A stretch of 63,286 bases of DNA, from contig JAQTNX010000002.1 in NCBI GenBank assembly GCA_028713635.1, positions 1 to 63,286 of the forward strand, read 5' to 3'. The translations under genes were made by a program, and so were the position numbers. Shown here piece by piece: positions 32,416 through 41,900 of this stretch (position 1 is the first letter of the stretch; each line of letters opens with the position of its first letter). The stretch is from Candidatus Bipolaricaulis sp. Lineage in GTDB: Bacteria; Bipolaricaulota; Bipolaricaulia; UBA7950; UBA9294. The notes under the pieces were generated by a model. The model was given only the letters and a program-made list of their open reading frames with translations. It had not been told where the DNA came from and ran no database searches.

Positions 32416-33237
32416 CTAGCTGTCGCACGTCTCGGGTTCGGGGGTCGGCACGAGCGGGTGGGTCACGAGCGGGAAGCTGTCTTGGTCACCGTCGCTGTTG
32501 ATCAGGTACGGAGAATCCCAGATTCCGTCCTCGTTGGCGTCGATCGCCTTGAACTCGCTCCAGTAGTTCCCTTGCCGATCGGTGTTCCAGACGTTCGGCT
32601 CATCCGAGTACGCGTTGTGCAGGTTGGAGACGAACGCGTTCATCAGAATACGGTTCTCCGCCGATCCGAGGTTCAGGTACGCGCCCATGTGCGAGCCGTG
32701 GATCAAGTTCCCCGTGATCTCGTTCCGGTTGGAGGCATCGAGCCAGATGGCGGTGTCGTTCCGGTCGAACACGTTGTAGAGGATCTGGTTGTCTCTCGAG
32801 TAGACCAGGTGCACTCCGTCTGTGTTCGTCTCGAACACGCAGTCCGAGACTCGCACGAACGTGGAGTAGTTGAGGGCGACACCGACCCAATTCGCGTCGA
32901 GCAGACATCCCTCGATGCGGCCGTTGCGGACGTAGCTGAGGGAGATGCCCGCCCTTCTTGCTCCCGTGACTTCGACGTCGCGAACGACGAAGTAGCGGGT
33001 CGTTCCGTGAATGCGGACGCCGTAGTTGTCGTACCCTGCATCGACTTTCCAGCCCTGGATGACGTAGGGGTCTTCGGCAGTGCCGGTCCCCGAGCAGACG
33101 CCGTTCGACGGCGTGAACTCGTAGTCGTTCGTGATCACGATCGCTGTGTGCTCCGCTCGCTCCGTGGCGGCGATCCCGGGCAAGCCAACCCCGACGAGGA
33201 GAATCAGAACAGCGACAAAGGCTGTACCTTGCCTCAT
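32416..33237 (-). CDS. Secreted right-handed beta-helix (NosD/CASH-like) protein
   Basis: Signal peptide. GSGTAEDPY-like motif (GTGTAEDPYVIQGW), repeated N-x-I-x-x-N, GNYWS...D-N-DGIWDSPY. Confidence 0.85.
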   Translation of the reverse strand: MRQGTAFVAVLILLVGVGLPGIAATERAEHTAIVITNDYEFTPSNGVCSGTGTAEDPYVIQGWKVDAGYDNYGVRIHGTTRYFVVRDVEVTGARRAGISLSYVRNGRIEGCLLDANWVGVALNYSTFVRVSDCVFETNTDGVHLVYSRDNQILYNVFDRNDTAIWLDASNRNEITGNLIHGSHMGAYLNLGSAENRILMNAFVSNLHNAYSDEPNVWNTDRQGNYWSEFKAIDANEDGIWDSPYLINSDGDQDSFPLVTHPLVPTPEPETCDS

Positions 33238-33345
33238 AACCCATCACTCCTTTGGACGGTCTTCCCTCAACGTGCAGGTTCATCTTAGCAGCTTGAACCT
33301 CAGGGTTGAAGCCAATCGTACGTCGGTGAGGCGACCTTTTTCCCG

Positions 33346-34185
33346 TCACGCTCCGGGCCGACGACGGCGGACAACCTGCCAAAGCGTGATCGGAACGTCT
33401 TTCCGACGGAAGAGGAAGACGAGAAGGAGGCCGGCGGCGAACCCTCCGATGTGGGCGAACCAGGCGGTTCCTCCCGCGCCGCCGGTCGAGCTCAGGCCGC
33501 TCACGATCTGGAGGAGGAACCAGAGACCGAGGAGGATCACGGCAGGCACGGCGACCAGGCGCGCAAAGAAGAAGATCGGAATCAGCGTGACGATCCGCGA
33601 GAACGGGAACAGCATAAGGTAGGCGGCAAGCACTCCGGCGATGGCGCCGGACGCGCCGATCATCGGGAGTGCGCTTCTGGGATCGACGGCGATCTGCGCG
33701 CCGGCGGCGGCCACCGCGCAGAGCAGGTAGAAGATGAGGAACCGCACGGAACCCATCGCACCTTCGACGTTGTCCCCGAAGATCCAGAGGTACAGCATGT
33801 TGCCGAGCAGGTGGAGCAGGCCTCCGTGCAGGAAAACGGACGTCAGGAGCGTCAACCAGAGAGGAAAGGGAATCGTGGGGGGCAGATCGCGCCCGCCGAG
33901 AAGCTCGCCGGGGATGAGAGCGAACTGCGCGATCAGCTTGTTCGCGGCCGAGATCGGGTACTGCGACGGGTTCCCGCCTTCGGCGAGATGGAGTTGGTAG
34001 GCCCGGTCGCTGTACGCGGGAGGCGGAACGAGGCGGCTGGCGCGCCAGGGCGCGAGGTCGTTCCATGACGAGGGTTGCGTCTGGAGATACCCCTGGTACA
34101 GGAAGACGAGCAAGTTGATGACAATGAGCGACACGGTCACGACCGGGAAGCGGGGGCTGCGCAGCGTGTCGCGAAGCGGAATCAT
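33346..34185 (-). CDS. Rhomboid intramembrane serine protease
   Basis: FLHGGLLHLLGNM, IGASGAIAG (catalytic Ser), AWFAHIGGF (catalytic His). Confidence 0.93.
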   Translation of the reverse strand: MIPLRDTLRSPRFPVVTVSLIVINLLVFLYQGYLQTQPSSWNDLAPWRASRLVPPPAYSDRAYQLHLAEGGNPSQYPISAANKLIAQFALIPGELLGGRDLPPTIPFPLWLTLLTSVFLHGGLLHLLGNMLYLWIFGDNVEGAMGSVRFLIFYLLCAVAAAGAQIAVDPRSALPMIGASGAIAGVLAAYLMLFPFSRIVTLIPIFFFARLVAVPAVILLGLWFLLQIVSGLSSTGGAGGTAWFAHIGGFAAGLLLVFLFRRKDVPITLWQVVRRRRPGA

Positions 34186-34272
34186 GTTGGGATGGTAGCG
34201 GGGCGGGCCGGAGAGGGCAACGGTTGATCTTGTCTAGGCCGCGACTACACTCTGCTTGCGGAAGGAGGCGGC

Positions 34273-35304
34273 ATGAAGCTGCTGAAGCAACTCACGCAGG
34301 CGACGGGCGTCCCGGGGTACGAGGGACCGGTGCGACGGGTGATCGTGGACGCGATCTCGCCGCACGTTGACTCGGTCGACATCGACGCCCTCGGGAACGT
34401 CATCGCTCACAAGGCGGGCAAGGGGCCCGTCGTCGCGATCGCCGGACACATGGACGAGATCGGCTTCCTCGTGAGCCACATTGAAGACGAGTCGGGGTTC
34501 CTGCGAATCCACGCGCTCGGGGGCTTCGATCCCGTGACGCTCGTCGCCCAGCGCGTCGTCGTGCATGGGGCGAGCGGCGCCCTCCCGGGATGCATCGGCC
34601 GGAAGCCGATCCACATCCTGACGGAGGATGAGAGGAAGAAGCCGATCGACCTCGCCGACCTGTTTGTGGACGTCGGCCTGCCGGCCGGGGACGTGAAGAA
34701 GAAGGTCGCCGTCGGCGACGTCGTGACCATGCATCAGGAGTTCGTGGCCTACGGGGACGTTGTGTCGAGCAAGGCGCTCGACGACCGCGTTGGTGTGTAC
34801 GTGGCGATCGAAGCCCTGAAGCGCGCCAAGAAGGTTGCCTGCGACCTCTACGTCCTTGCAACGTCCCAGGAGGAAGTCGGGGTGCGTGGCGCCCAGGTGG
34901 CCGGGCACCGGATCGCGCCGGACATCGCCATTGCGCTCGATGTGTGCATTGCTGCCGACATGCCGGGCGTTTCGGAGAGAGACCAGGTGTCGCAGTTCCG
35001 CGGCGGCGTGGCGATCTCGCTCAAGGATGCCCGTTCGATCTCGCATCCCGCGCTCGTGCGGGCGTTCCGTGATCTAGCCGAGAAGCGGAAGATTCCGCAT
35101 CAGATCACCCTGGCGTCGAAGGGTGGCACGGACGCCGGCGGACTCCAGCTTGCGGGCGACGGCTCAGCGGCGATCACGCTGTCGATTCCGACGCGCTATG
35201 TACACTCCGTCGTCGAGACGGTGCACGTCGACGCCATCGAGTCGGCCATTGCCCTGGTCGCGGCGTTCCTCGAGACGGCGAACAAGGTGGATCTGGCGGG
35301 ATGA
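34273..35304 (+). CDS. M42 family (TET-like) aminopeptidase
   Basis: GVPGYE, AGHMDEIG, KALDDRVG, QEEVG, GGTDAG, RYVHS. Confidence 0.93.
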   Translation: MKLLKQLTQATGVPGYEGPVRRVIVDAISPHVDSVDIDALGNVIAHKAGKGPVVAIAGHMDEIGFLVSHIEDESGFLRIHALGGFDPVTLVAQRVVVHGASGALPGCIGRKPIHILTEDERKKPIDLADLFVDVGLPAGDVKKKVAVGDVVTMHQEFVAYGDVVSSKALDDRVGVYVAIEALKRAKKVACDLYVLATSQEEVGVRGAQVAGHRIAPDIAIALDVCIAADMPGVSERDQVSQFRGGVAISLKDARSISHPALVRAFRDLAEKRKIPHQITLASKGGTDAGGLQLAGDGSAAITLSIPTRYVHSVVETVHVDAIESAIALVAAFLETANKVDLAG

Positions 35305-36668
35305 GAACGGTGCGGCGCACGCTGTTCACGGGGTTCGACGTCGTCGCGACCATGGACGGGGCCGGACGCGAGATTCGGAACGGATTCGTGTTGGTCGACG
35401 GGCATCGGATCGCCGCCGTGGGCGAGACCCCGACGGGGATTCGCGCGGACGAGACGATTCGGGGGGACGGCAAGGTCCTCCTCCCGGGGTTCGTGAACAC
35501 GCACCATCACCTATACCAATCGCTCTTCCGCAATGTCCCCGGAGCGTCCGATGCAAAGCTCTTCGACTGGCTCATCTTCCTTTACGACCGCTGGAAGGGA
35601 CTCGGCGAGGAAGCGATGCGCACCGCGGCGGCCGTCGCGTCGAGCGAGCTGCTTCTCTCCGGAGCGACGACGACGTCCGACCACTGCTACCTCTACCCGC
35701 GCGGCGGCGGGGACATCCTCGCCGCGGACATCGAGGGGGCAGAGTTGGCGGGAATCCGGTTCCATCCTTGCCGCGGCTCGATGTCGCTCTCGAAGAAGAA
35801 CGGGGGGCTCCCGCCCGACAGCGTCGTTCAGTCGGAGGACGAGATCCTCGCCGACTGCCGCCGTGCGATCGAGCGGTATCACGACCCGGAGCCGTTTGCG
35901 ATGCTGCGCATCGCGCTCGCCCCGTGTTCTCCGTTCTCGGTGACGCCCGACCTCATGCGAGAGACGCTGCGATTGGCCGACGAGTACCGGGTGCTTGTCC
36001 ACACCCACCTCGCGGAGACCGAGGACGAGGAGGTCTACTGCCTCGAGCGCTTCGGGCGACGCCCGGTCGACCTGATCGAGGACCTCGGCTGGCTTCGGGA
36101 CGACGCTTGGTTCGCGCATCTTGTCGTCCTCAACGAGGCGGACATCGACAAGCTTGCCCGGGCCCGCGTCGGGATGGCCCACTGCCCCACGTCGAACATG
36201 ACGCTGGGATCGGGGATCGCCCCCGTCGCGAAGATGGTCGGCACCGGGGTCAAGATCGGCCTGGCCGTGGACGGGTCGGCAAGCAACGACTCGTCGAACA
36301 TGATCCGTGAAGTACGCCAGGCCATGCTCCTGCAGCGCGTTCGCTACGGGGCCGACGCGCTCTCTGCACGTGACGTTCTCTCGATGGCGACGATCGGCGG
36401 CGCCCGGGTCCTTCACCGCGAGGCGGAGATCGGGTCGATCGAGGTGGGCAAGGCGGCCGATCTGATCGCGTTCGACCTGAACGATGTCGCCTTTGCCGGC
36501 GCGCAAGCCGATCCCGTCGCAGCCCTCGTCCACTGCGCGGCCGATCGAGTGGACTTCGCGATGGTGAACGGAGAGTGGCGCGTTCGGGACGGGCGGCTCG
36601 CCGACGAAGCGCTCTACGATCTCGTGCCTGTGCAGAACGCCATCTCGGCGCGCCTCGTCGGGCGATGA
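35301..36668 (+). CDS. Metal-dependent amidohydrolase, 8-oxoguanine deaminase-like
   Basis: PGFVNTHHHLYQ, TTTSDH, RGSMS, PCSPFSV, HTHLAE, AVDGSASND. Confidence 0.85.
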   Translation: MRTVRRTLFTGFDVVATMDGAGREIRNGFVLVDGHRIAAVGETPTGIRADETIRGDGKVLLPGFVNTHHHLYQSLFRNVPGASDAKLFDWLIFLYDRWKGLGEEAMRTAAAVASSELLLSGATTTSDHCYLYPRGGGDILAADIEGAELAGIRFHPCRGSMSLSKKNGGLPPDSVVQSEDEILADCRRAIERYHDPEPFAMLRIALAPCSPFSVTPDLMRETLRLADEYRVLVHTHLAETEDEEVYCLERFGRRPVDLIEDLGWLRDDAWFAHLVVLNEADIDKLARARVGMAHCPTSNMTLGSGIAPVAKMVGTGVKIGLAVDGSASNDSSNMIREVRQAMLLQRVRYGADALSARDVLSMATIGGARVLHREAEIGSIEVGKAADLIAFDLNDVAFAGAQADPVAALVHCAADRVDFAMVNGEWRVRDGRLADEALYDLVPVQNAISARLVGR

Positions 36669-36669
36669 G

Positions 36670-36954
36670 ATGATGCGAGTCTCCATCGAACTCGGCTTCT
36701 CGTTCAAGAAGGATCTCTGCGAGGACTACCGCGTGCTGGAGCTTCCGGAGGGGGCCGACGTCGAGGCGGCCGTGCGCATGCTGGCGTTGCGTCATCCCGC
36801 GGCGCAGCCGCGTCTCCTCGACGGCGCCGGCCACGTTCGAAGCCACGTCGCCGCGCTCATCAACGGAGGCAACGTCGCGTGGAAGGACGGCCTGCGCACC
36901 CCACTGCACGACGGAGACCGCTTGACGCTTCTTCCGCCGGTCGGCGGAGGATAG
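36670..36954 (+). CDS. MoaD/ThiS ubiquitin-like sulfur carrier
   Basis: About 94 aa beta-grasp pattern with LING and C-terminal LLPPVGGG. Confidence 0.88.
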   Translation: MMRVSIELGFSFKKDLCEDYRVLELPEGADVEAAVRMLALRHPAAQPRLLDGAGHVRSHVAALINGGNVAWKDGLRTPLHDGDRLTLLPPVGGG

Positions 36955-36969
36955 ACCGCAAGAAAGGCA

Positions 36970-37000
36970 ATCGGGGAGGTCCCGAAGGACGCTCCCCGAT
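36970..37000 (-). terminator. Terminator-like hairpin with a UUCG tetraloop on the minus strand
   Basis: Minus strand ATCGGGGAG-C-GTCC-TTCG-GGAC-CTCCCCGAT followed by TGCCTTTCT; lies between convergent operons. Confidence 0.65.
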
Positions 37001-37150
37001 CGGTGTGGTGGCTATCCGCAAGGAGGTTTAGCGGAAGAGCAGCTCTGGGCTGCTGACCGTAGAATGACCGCGGGCTGTGAATGCCGTGTGAAGAGGGGGT
37101 GGTCGGGGCGTGTCGATTCGCGCTGGGATCTGTGGCCGGTGCGACAGGGC

Positions 37151-37510
37151 GCCCCGCGCTCCGTCCGTTTGCGCCCCGCACATCGTCCGTTTGGGGCTGC
37201 GCCCGCCGTGCGCGTTTGCGCCCCGCACTCCGTCCGTTTGCGGCCCGCACTCCGTCCGTTTGCGGCCCGCACTCCGTCCGTTTGCGGCCCGCGCTCAGTC
37301 CGTTTGCGGCTCCGTCCGCGCTTGCGCCGCCTAGGTTCAGTCGGCGCCCGCCGTCCGCGGTTGCGCCGCGCCCGCCGTCCGTGCTTGCGCCGGCCCGCTC
37401 GCACCGCGTTTGCCGCCGCGCCCCGCACTCCGTCCGTTTGCGGCCCGCACTCAGTCCGTTTGCGGCTCCGTGCGCGCTTGCGCCGCGCCCTCCGTGCACG
37501 ATTGCGCCGC
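37151..37510. repeat. Degenerate 21-22-nt tandem minisatellite (core CCCGCACTCCGTCCGTTTGCGG)
   Basis: Three near-perfect consecutive units at about 37222-37287, two more at about 37422-37465, and many degenerate copies. No spacers. Overlaps the thioesterase 3' end. Confidence 0.9.
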
Positions 37511-37888
37511 CTTCTGCGCGACACGCGCCTCGAACCTCGCGGTGTCGATGACGTAGCGCACATGCGTGGCGCGGCCGACGACCTCGACGTTGTCGCGAGC
37601 CTCGATCTGGAATGTGAGGCGGCGACCGTCAACGCCGGTCAGCTCGGCATGCACGGCCACGGTCATCCCCGGAGGCGTCGCGGCGACGTGCTCGAGCGCG
37701 ATCGAGACGCCAACGGTGCTCTGGCCGGCGGCCAGGGCAGGATCGACGAGCCGACGAGCACAGTCCTCGCAGAACCCCACCAGGACCGGCGTGGCCAGCA
37801 CATCGACGAGCCCGCTCCCAAACGCGCTCGCCAGGTGACTGCGCTCCACGATCCATGCTTGCTCTCTTCGGCTTCCGACATCGATCAT
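37451..37888 (-). CDS. FlK-like hotdog thioesterase
   Basis: HLASAFGSG...VLATPVLVGFCE, STVG, HVAATPPG matching the fluoroacetyl-CoA thioesterase family. Confidence 0.85.
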   Translation of the reverse strand: MIDVGSRREQAWIVERSHLASAFGSGLVDVLATPVLVGFCEDCARRLVDPALAAGQSTVGVSIALEHVAATPPGMTVAVHAELTGVDGRRLTFQIEARDNVEVVGRATHVRYVIDTARFEARVAQKAAQSCTEGAAQARTEPQTD

Positions 37889-37929
37889 GGTCTTCCTTCT
37901 TTCGGGTGATGGTGTAGCACGGCGACCCG

Positions 37930-38721
37930 CTACGCTCGGTAGAACTTCGGCCGACGGTCGCCGAGCTTGTCGTTGCGTGATGTGAGGCGCTTGTCTCGCG
38001 CCGCCGCGGGGTCGACCTCGGCCACGCCGACCTCGACGTGGTCGGGCGAGAGTTGGACGAGGGCCGTGCCGTCCGGAGCGACGATCTGACTCTGCCCCGT
38101 GTAGTGAAGTGCCTTCTCCGCGCGGGACTCCTCCCCCACGCGGTTGGCCGTCGCGGCGAACACCCCGTTCTCGAGCGCGCGCACGGTCATCGTCCGCTGT
38201 GCGAGGCCGGGGATGACGAGGTTCGCCGGGTGGGCGAGGATGTCGGCGCCGAGGAGCGCGAGGGTGCGAGCCGCCTCGGGGAAGAAGTGGTCGAAGCAGA
38301 TCATGACCCCGATGCGCGCCGCGCCCACGTCCTCGACGGAGAACGGCAGGTTTCCTGGAGCGAACCAGCGCTTCTCGTCGCCGAACAGGTGGATCTTTCG
38401 GTACACCGACGTGAGTCCGCGGGGGCCGACGAGGACCGCCGAGTTGTACATGACGCCGTCCGCGGCCTCAGGAAGTCCGGCGACGACGGAACAGCCGCGA
38501 TCCCGGCAGAATGAAGCGAGGGCGAGCACGGTCGGGCCGCCGGGAACGGGCTCCGCCAGATCACGAACCTCCTCGACGCGCGCAAACTGGTATCCGGACG
38601 CGAAGAACTCGGGGAGTACCCACAGGTCGGCGACCTCGCGGGAGAGAAGGTCCAACGCTTCATTCAGGTTCCGGTCCCGCTCGCCAAACACGGGACAAGT
38701 CTGCGCAATGCCCAGTCTCAT
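37930..38721 (-). CDS. Carbon-nitrogen hydrolase (nitrilase superfamily)
   Basis: E-K-C triad in LPEF, YRKIHLF and ICFDHFFPE; ANRVGEE. Confidence 0.92.
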   Translation of the reverse strand: MRLGIAQTCPVFGERDRNLNEALDLLSREVADLWVLPEFFASGYQFARVEEVRDLAEPVPGGPTVLALASFCRDRGCSVVAGLPEAADGVMYNSAVLVGPRGLTSVYRKIHLFGDEKRWFAPGNLPFSVEDVGAARIGVMICFDHFFPEAARTLALLGADILAHPANLVIPGLAQRTMTVRALENGVFAATANRVGEESRAEKALHYTGQSQIVAPDGTALVQLSPDHVEVGVAEVDPAAARDKRLTSRNDKLGDRRPKFYRA

Positions 38722-38908
38722 GGCCGGATGCGATCCGCTCTTGAACCGGATCTCGCCTCGGTCAGCCGCAGGTCCCGCCGCAGCCTCCGACGAGGAATTT
38801 CCCGATGAGGATGCATGCGATGACCAGATACACAAGGGCCGACAAGTCCATGGTTCCCCCCTCGCGCCGAAGGCACGGCCTTCCAGCGCCGACGAGGATC
38901 TTACCCCA

Positions 38909-41900
38909 TCACTCCCCGATCTCGAAGCTCGCGCTTGTCGGTGCGTAGCGGAGCACGGCTTCCGGGAAGGCGAGGATGGAGACGTAGAGCCAGACGTTGC
39001 CCGATGACCGTTCGATGCCGACGCGCACGCAATCTGCAATGTCCTTGAACACGCCGTACGAGACGTCGTCCAGATCAACCGATCCCGAGGAATACCGAAC
39101 CCCGAGCTCCACCCCCCACCCGTTCGCCACGGCCAGGTCCGCCGTGAGATCCGCCGCAGTCAGCTCGAGGCGGTTGAGGTCCAGGTCGTTCTTGAGGGAG
39201 AGGGAGAGGGCGTTCCACTCGGCGGAGATGTCGAACGACGCCGCAGAGAACTCTCCGTCGATGGCGTCGTATGGGATCCTCCAAGCGACCTTGCGGTGTT
39301 CGTCCCTCCAGTTCCCGCGAACCGCGAGGGTCGAGAGCCGGGCGAGGGCCAGGTTGTAGGTCGCGGTCACCTTCCACGTCGCCCAGTCGTCCCAATCGGC
39401 GGTGGCCCGGATCGGGCTGGGGCCGTCGACGGAGTTGAAGCTTCCGGAGACCGTCAGGTCGACGGGCCCCGAGCGCTTGGCGGTCCAGGTCAGCTGGTGC
39501 TTCGTCGTCGTCTCGTCAAACGCGAACGGACTCGACCCGCGGGCGAGCGTGCTCGTCCAGCCGAGCTCAAGTCCGCTGCGGCTCGCCGCGGCTCCCACGG
39601 CCACGCTCTCGACGTCCTCCCATCCACTGGCGTCGGCGTAAAGCGATGTCTGGAGGGCAGCCGACGGCTGGATGCGGAACCCGGCGAACGTCACGGCATC
39701 GAGCGTCGACTCGAGCTGGCTGCGAAGCCGGAATCGCTCCTGGGGAGCCTCGTCTTCCTTCTGTTCCCGGTACCAGCCGGCGAAGAGCGTCGGCCGGGCC
39801 GCAAGGGGGCCCACGCGCTGGGACGGCAGGGAGAAGGACACCTCGGGGAGCTTCTCCTCGATCGTAGTCGTGGTGGTGGTGTTGAGGATGCGGGAAATGA
39901 GCAGCATGACGTCGGCTGGGCCGATGCTTCCTCGAAGCTTGGCAGAGAAGGAGAGCTCCTCGTCATCGCCCTCGGCGTCGTACTCGAGGCGGCCGACACC
40001 CTGCCAGCCTCCGCCGATCTCTACGGTGTCCGTCAGGCTGACGGACACCTCGGTGTCGTGGACATCGCTCGGCAGGATGTACGTCGAGGCCCGGCCCTCA
40101 TGCCCGCCGACCGAGTACCGCAGCGTACCCCCGACCCCAATCTCGCTGTACTTGCTGTAGTAGTCGAGGAGGACGGTCCCGTACACAGCGTCGCTCAAGA
40201 AGAACGGCACGTTCCACTTGACGAACCAGCCTCGCGAGGAGCTCGAGCCGAACGCCGGAAACAGGGGCGAGTCGAGCGTCTCCCCCAAGGGCTGCACGTA
40301 CAGAGGAAGCCACAAGACCCCTGCGGCACTGACCCGAGCGGTGAGGCCGTAGGCGACGAGCAGCCGATCGGGATAGAGGCGGAGCCGGTCGGCCTTCAGG
40401 CTGTACGGTTGCCGTTCGAGACCGAGGCCGCAGCAATTGCACGTCGTGACCTCCGCCTGCTCGGCTGTGAGGAGACTCACCTCGCCTTGGTCGTCGAAGG
40501 CGACTTCACCCCGGCGGGCGCGAAAAAAGAGCTCCTGCACCTTCCCCTCGGAGTTCGCAAAGAGGACCTCTCCGCGCAGCCCGTTCGCCTCAGCCGAACG
40601 GGGTCTCACGTCACCGCTCTGGTCGTCGACTTCGACGACCATGGAGTCGCCCTGGAGTTCCGTTGTGCCCGGGACGGAGAGAACCACGGACCCCGACGCG
40701 GAGAGACGCCAACTCGACGACTGAACCCGCTCGACGAGGAGCTCGTCGGCGTCCAGCTGCGAGTCCTGGAACGTTGCGCGAACGGAGCCGACCGCGTGGA
40801 GCGTCGAGCCGTCGTTCGCGAGGAAGAGCTCGTCGCACTCGAGATGAACGGGAACTGTGCCGACCTCATCCCCGGCGTCGCCGTCGACGACGGAGGGGCT
40901 GGACGTGCCGGAGCCGACGCCTGGTCTGAGTGCGTCGGAGCCGACGCTCGGTGCGTCGGTGCCCAGAACGGACAGGGGGGCTGCCAGGGAGACAATGAGG
41001 GCCAGCGTGAACGGGAGGCGCCTCCACCACCGGCCGCGCGCGTCGCGCGTCGCGAGTCGGTCCACCCGCGCATACAGGCACACCCCGATCGCGCCGAACA
41101 CCAGGTCGGGCAACCACGCAGCCCACGCCGGGTCCATCGCCCCTCGTCGACCGAGGGTCTGCGTCCACCAGAGGAATCCCTGGAACACCGCGACGAGGAG
41201 AAGGCCGAGCACGATGCCGACGGCTCGATTGCCGGGAAGGAAGGCGAGGCTGAGCGCGCCGCCGAGGAGGACGAACACGAGGGCGGCCAGAGGGAGAGAC
41301 AGCTTAAGGTGCGACTCGACGACGTACTCGTGAACCCGTTGGCCGTTCTTGCGGGCCTGGGCGATCCGTTGGCCGAGCTCGGCGAGCCCCATCTCCGAGG
41401 GGGTTCGGGAGTGTGATACCAGCTCGGCCACGCCTTGCTCGATCGGGATCACGAGCGACTCGATCGTCGCCGTGAAGACGAGCTGACCTTCCCGGTCGAA
41501 CCCGTAGACCGTCCCTGCGGAGAGGGTCCACGCGCCTGTGCTCCACGACCCCTCGTCGGCCGTGATCATCGTGACTTGGGTCCCCGCCTGTGGAAAGAGA
41601 CGGCCGGTCGTGTCGTAGATGACGACGTCGTAGAGTTTCCCGCTCGATTCGTCGAAGCGACGAATGTAGAAGAACTGGTCGTTCTGCCCCTTGAAGAAGG
41701 CGTTGGCCGTGATGCGCGGCGTTCCTTGCCGGTAGATGACTTGGCGCAACGCGTCTTGGTAGGCGGCTTCCGAGGCAGGGACGAGCCAGTTGTAGAGGGC
41801 GAAGTCCGCGACCCCGACGAAGGCGGCGGCGAGGAGCAGGGGGAGGAGAATCCGTCGCAGCGGGATACCGAGGGACTCGAGAGCCAGAACCTCTCGGTCG

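Noticed and set aside
37151-37510. CRISPR array
   Set aside because: Units are directly adjacent with no unique spacers, and there are no cas genes; this is a minisatellite.
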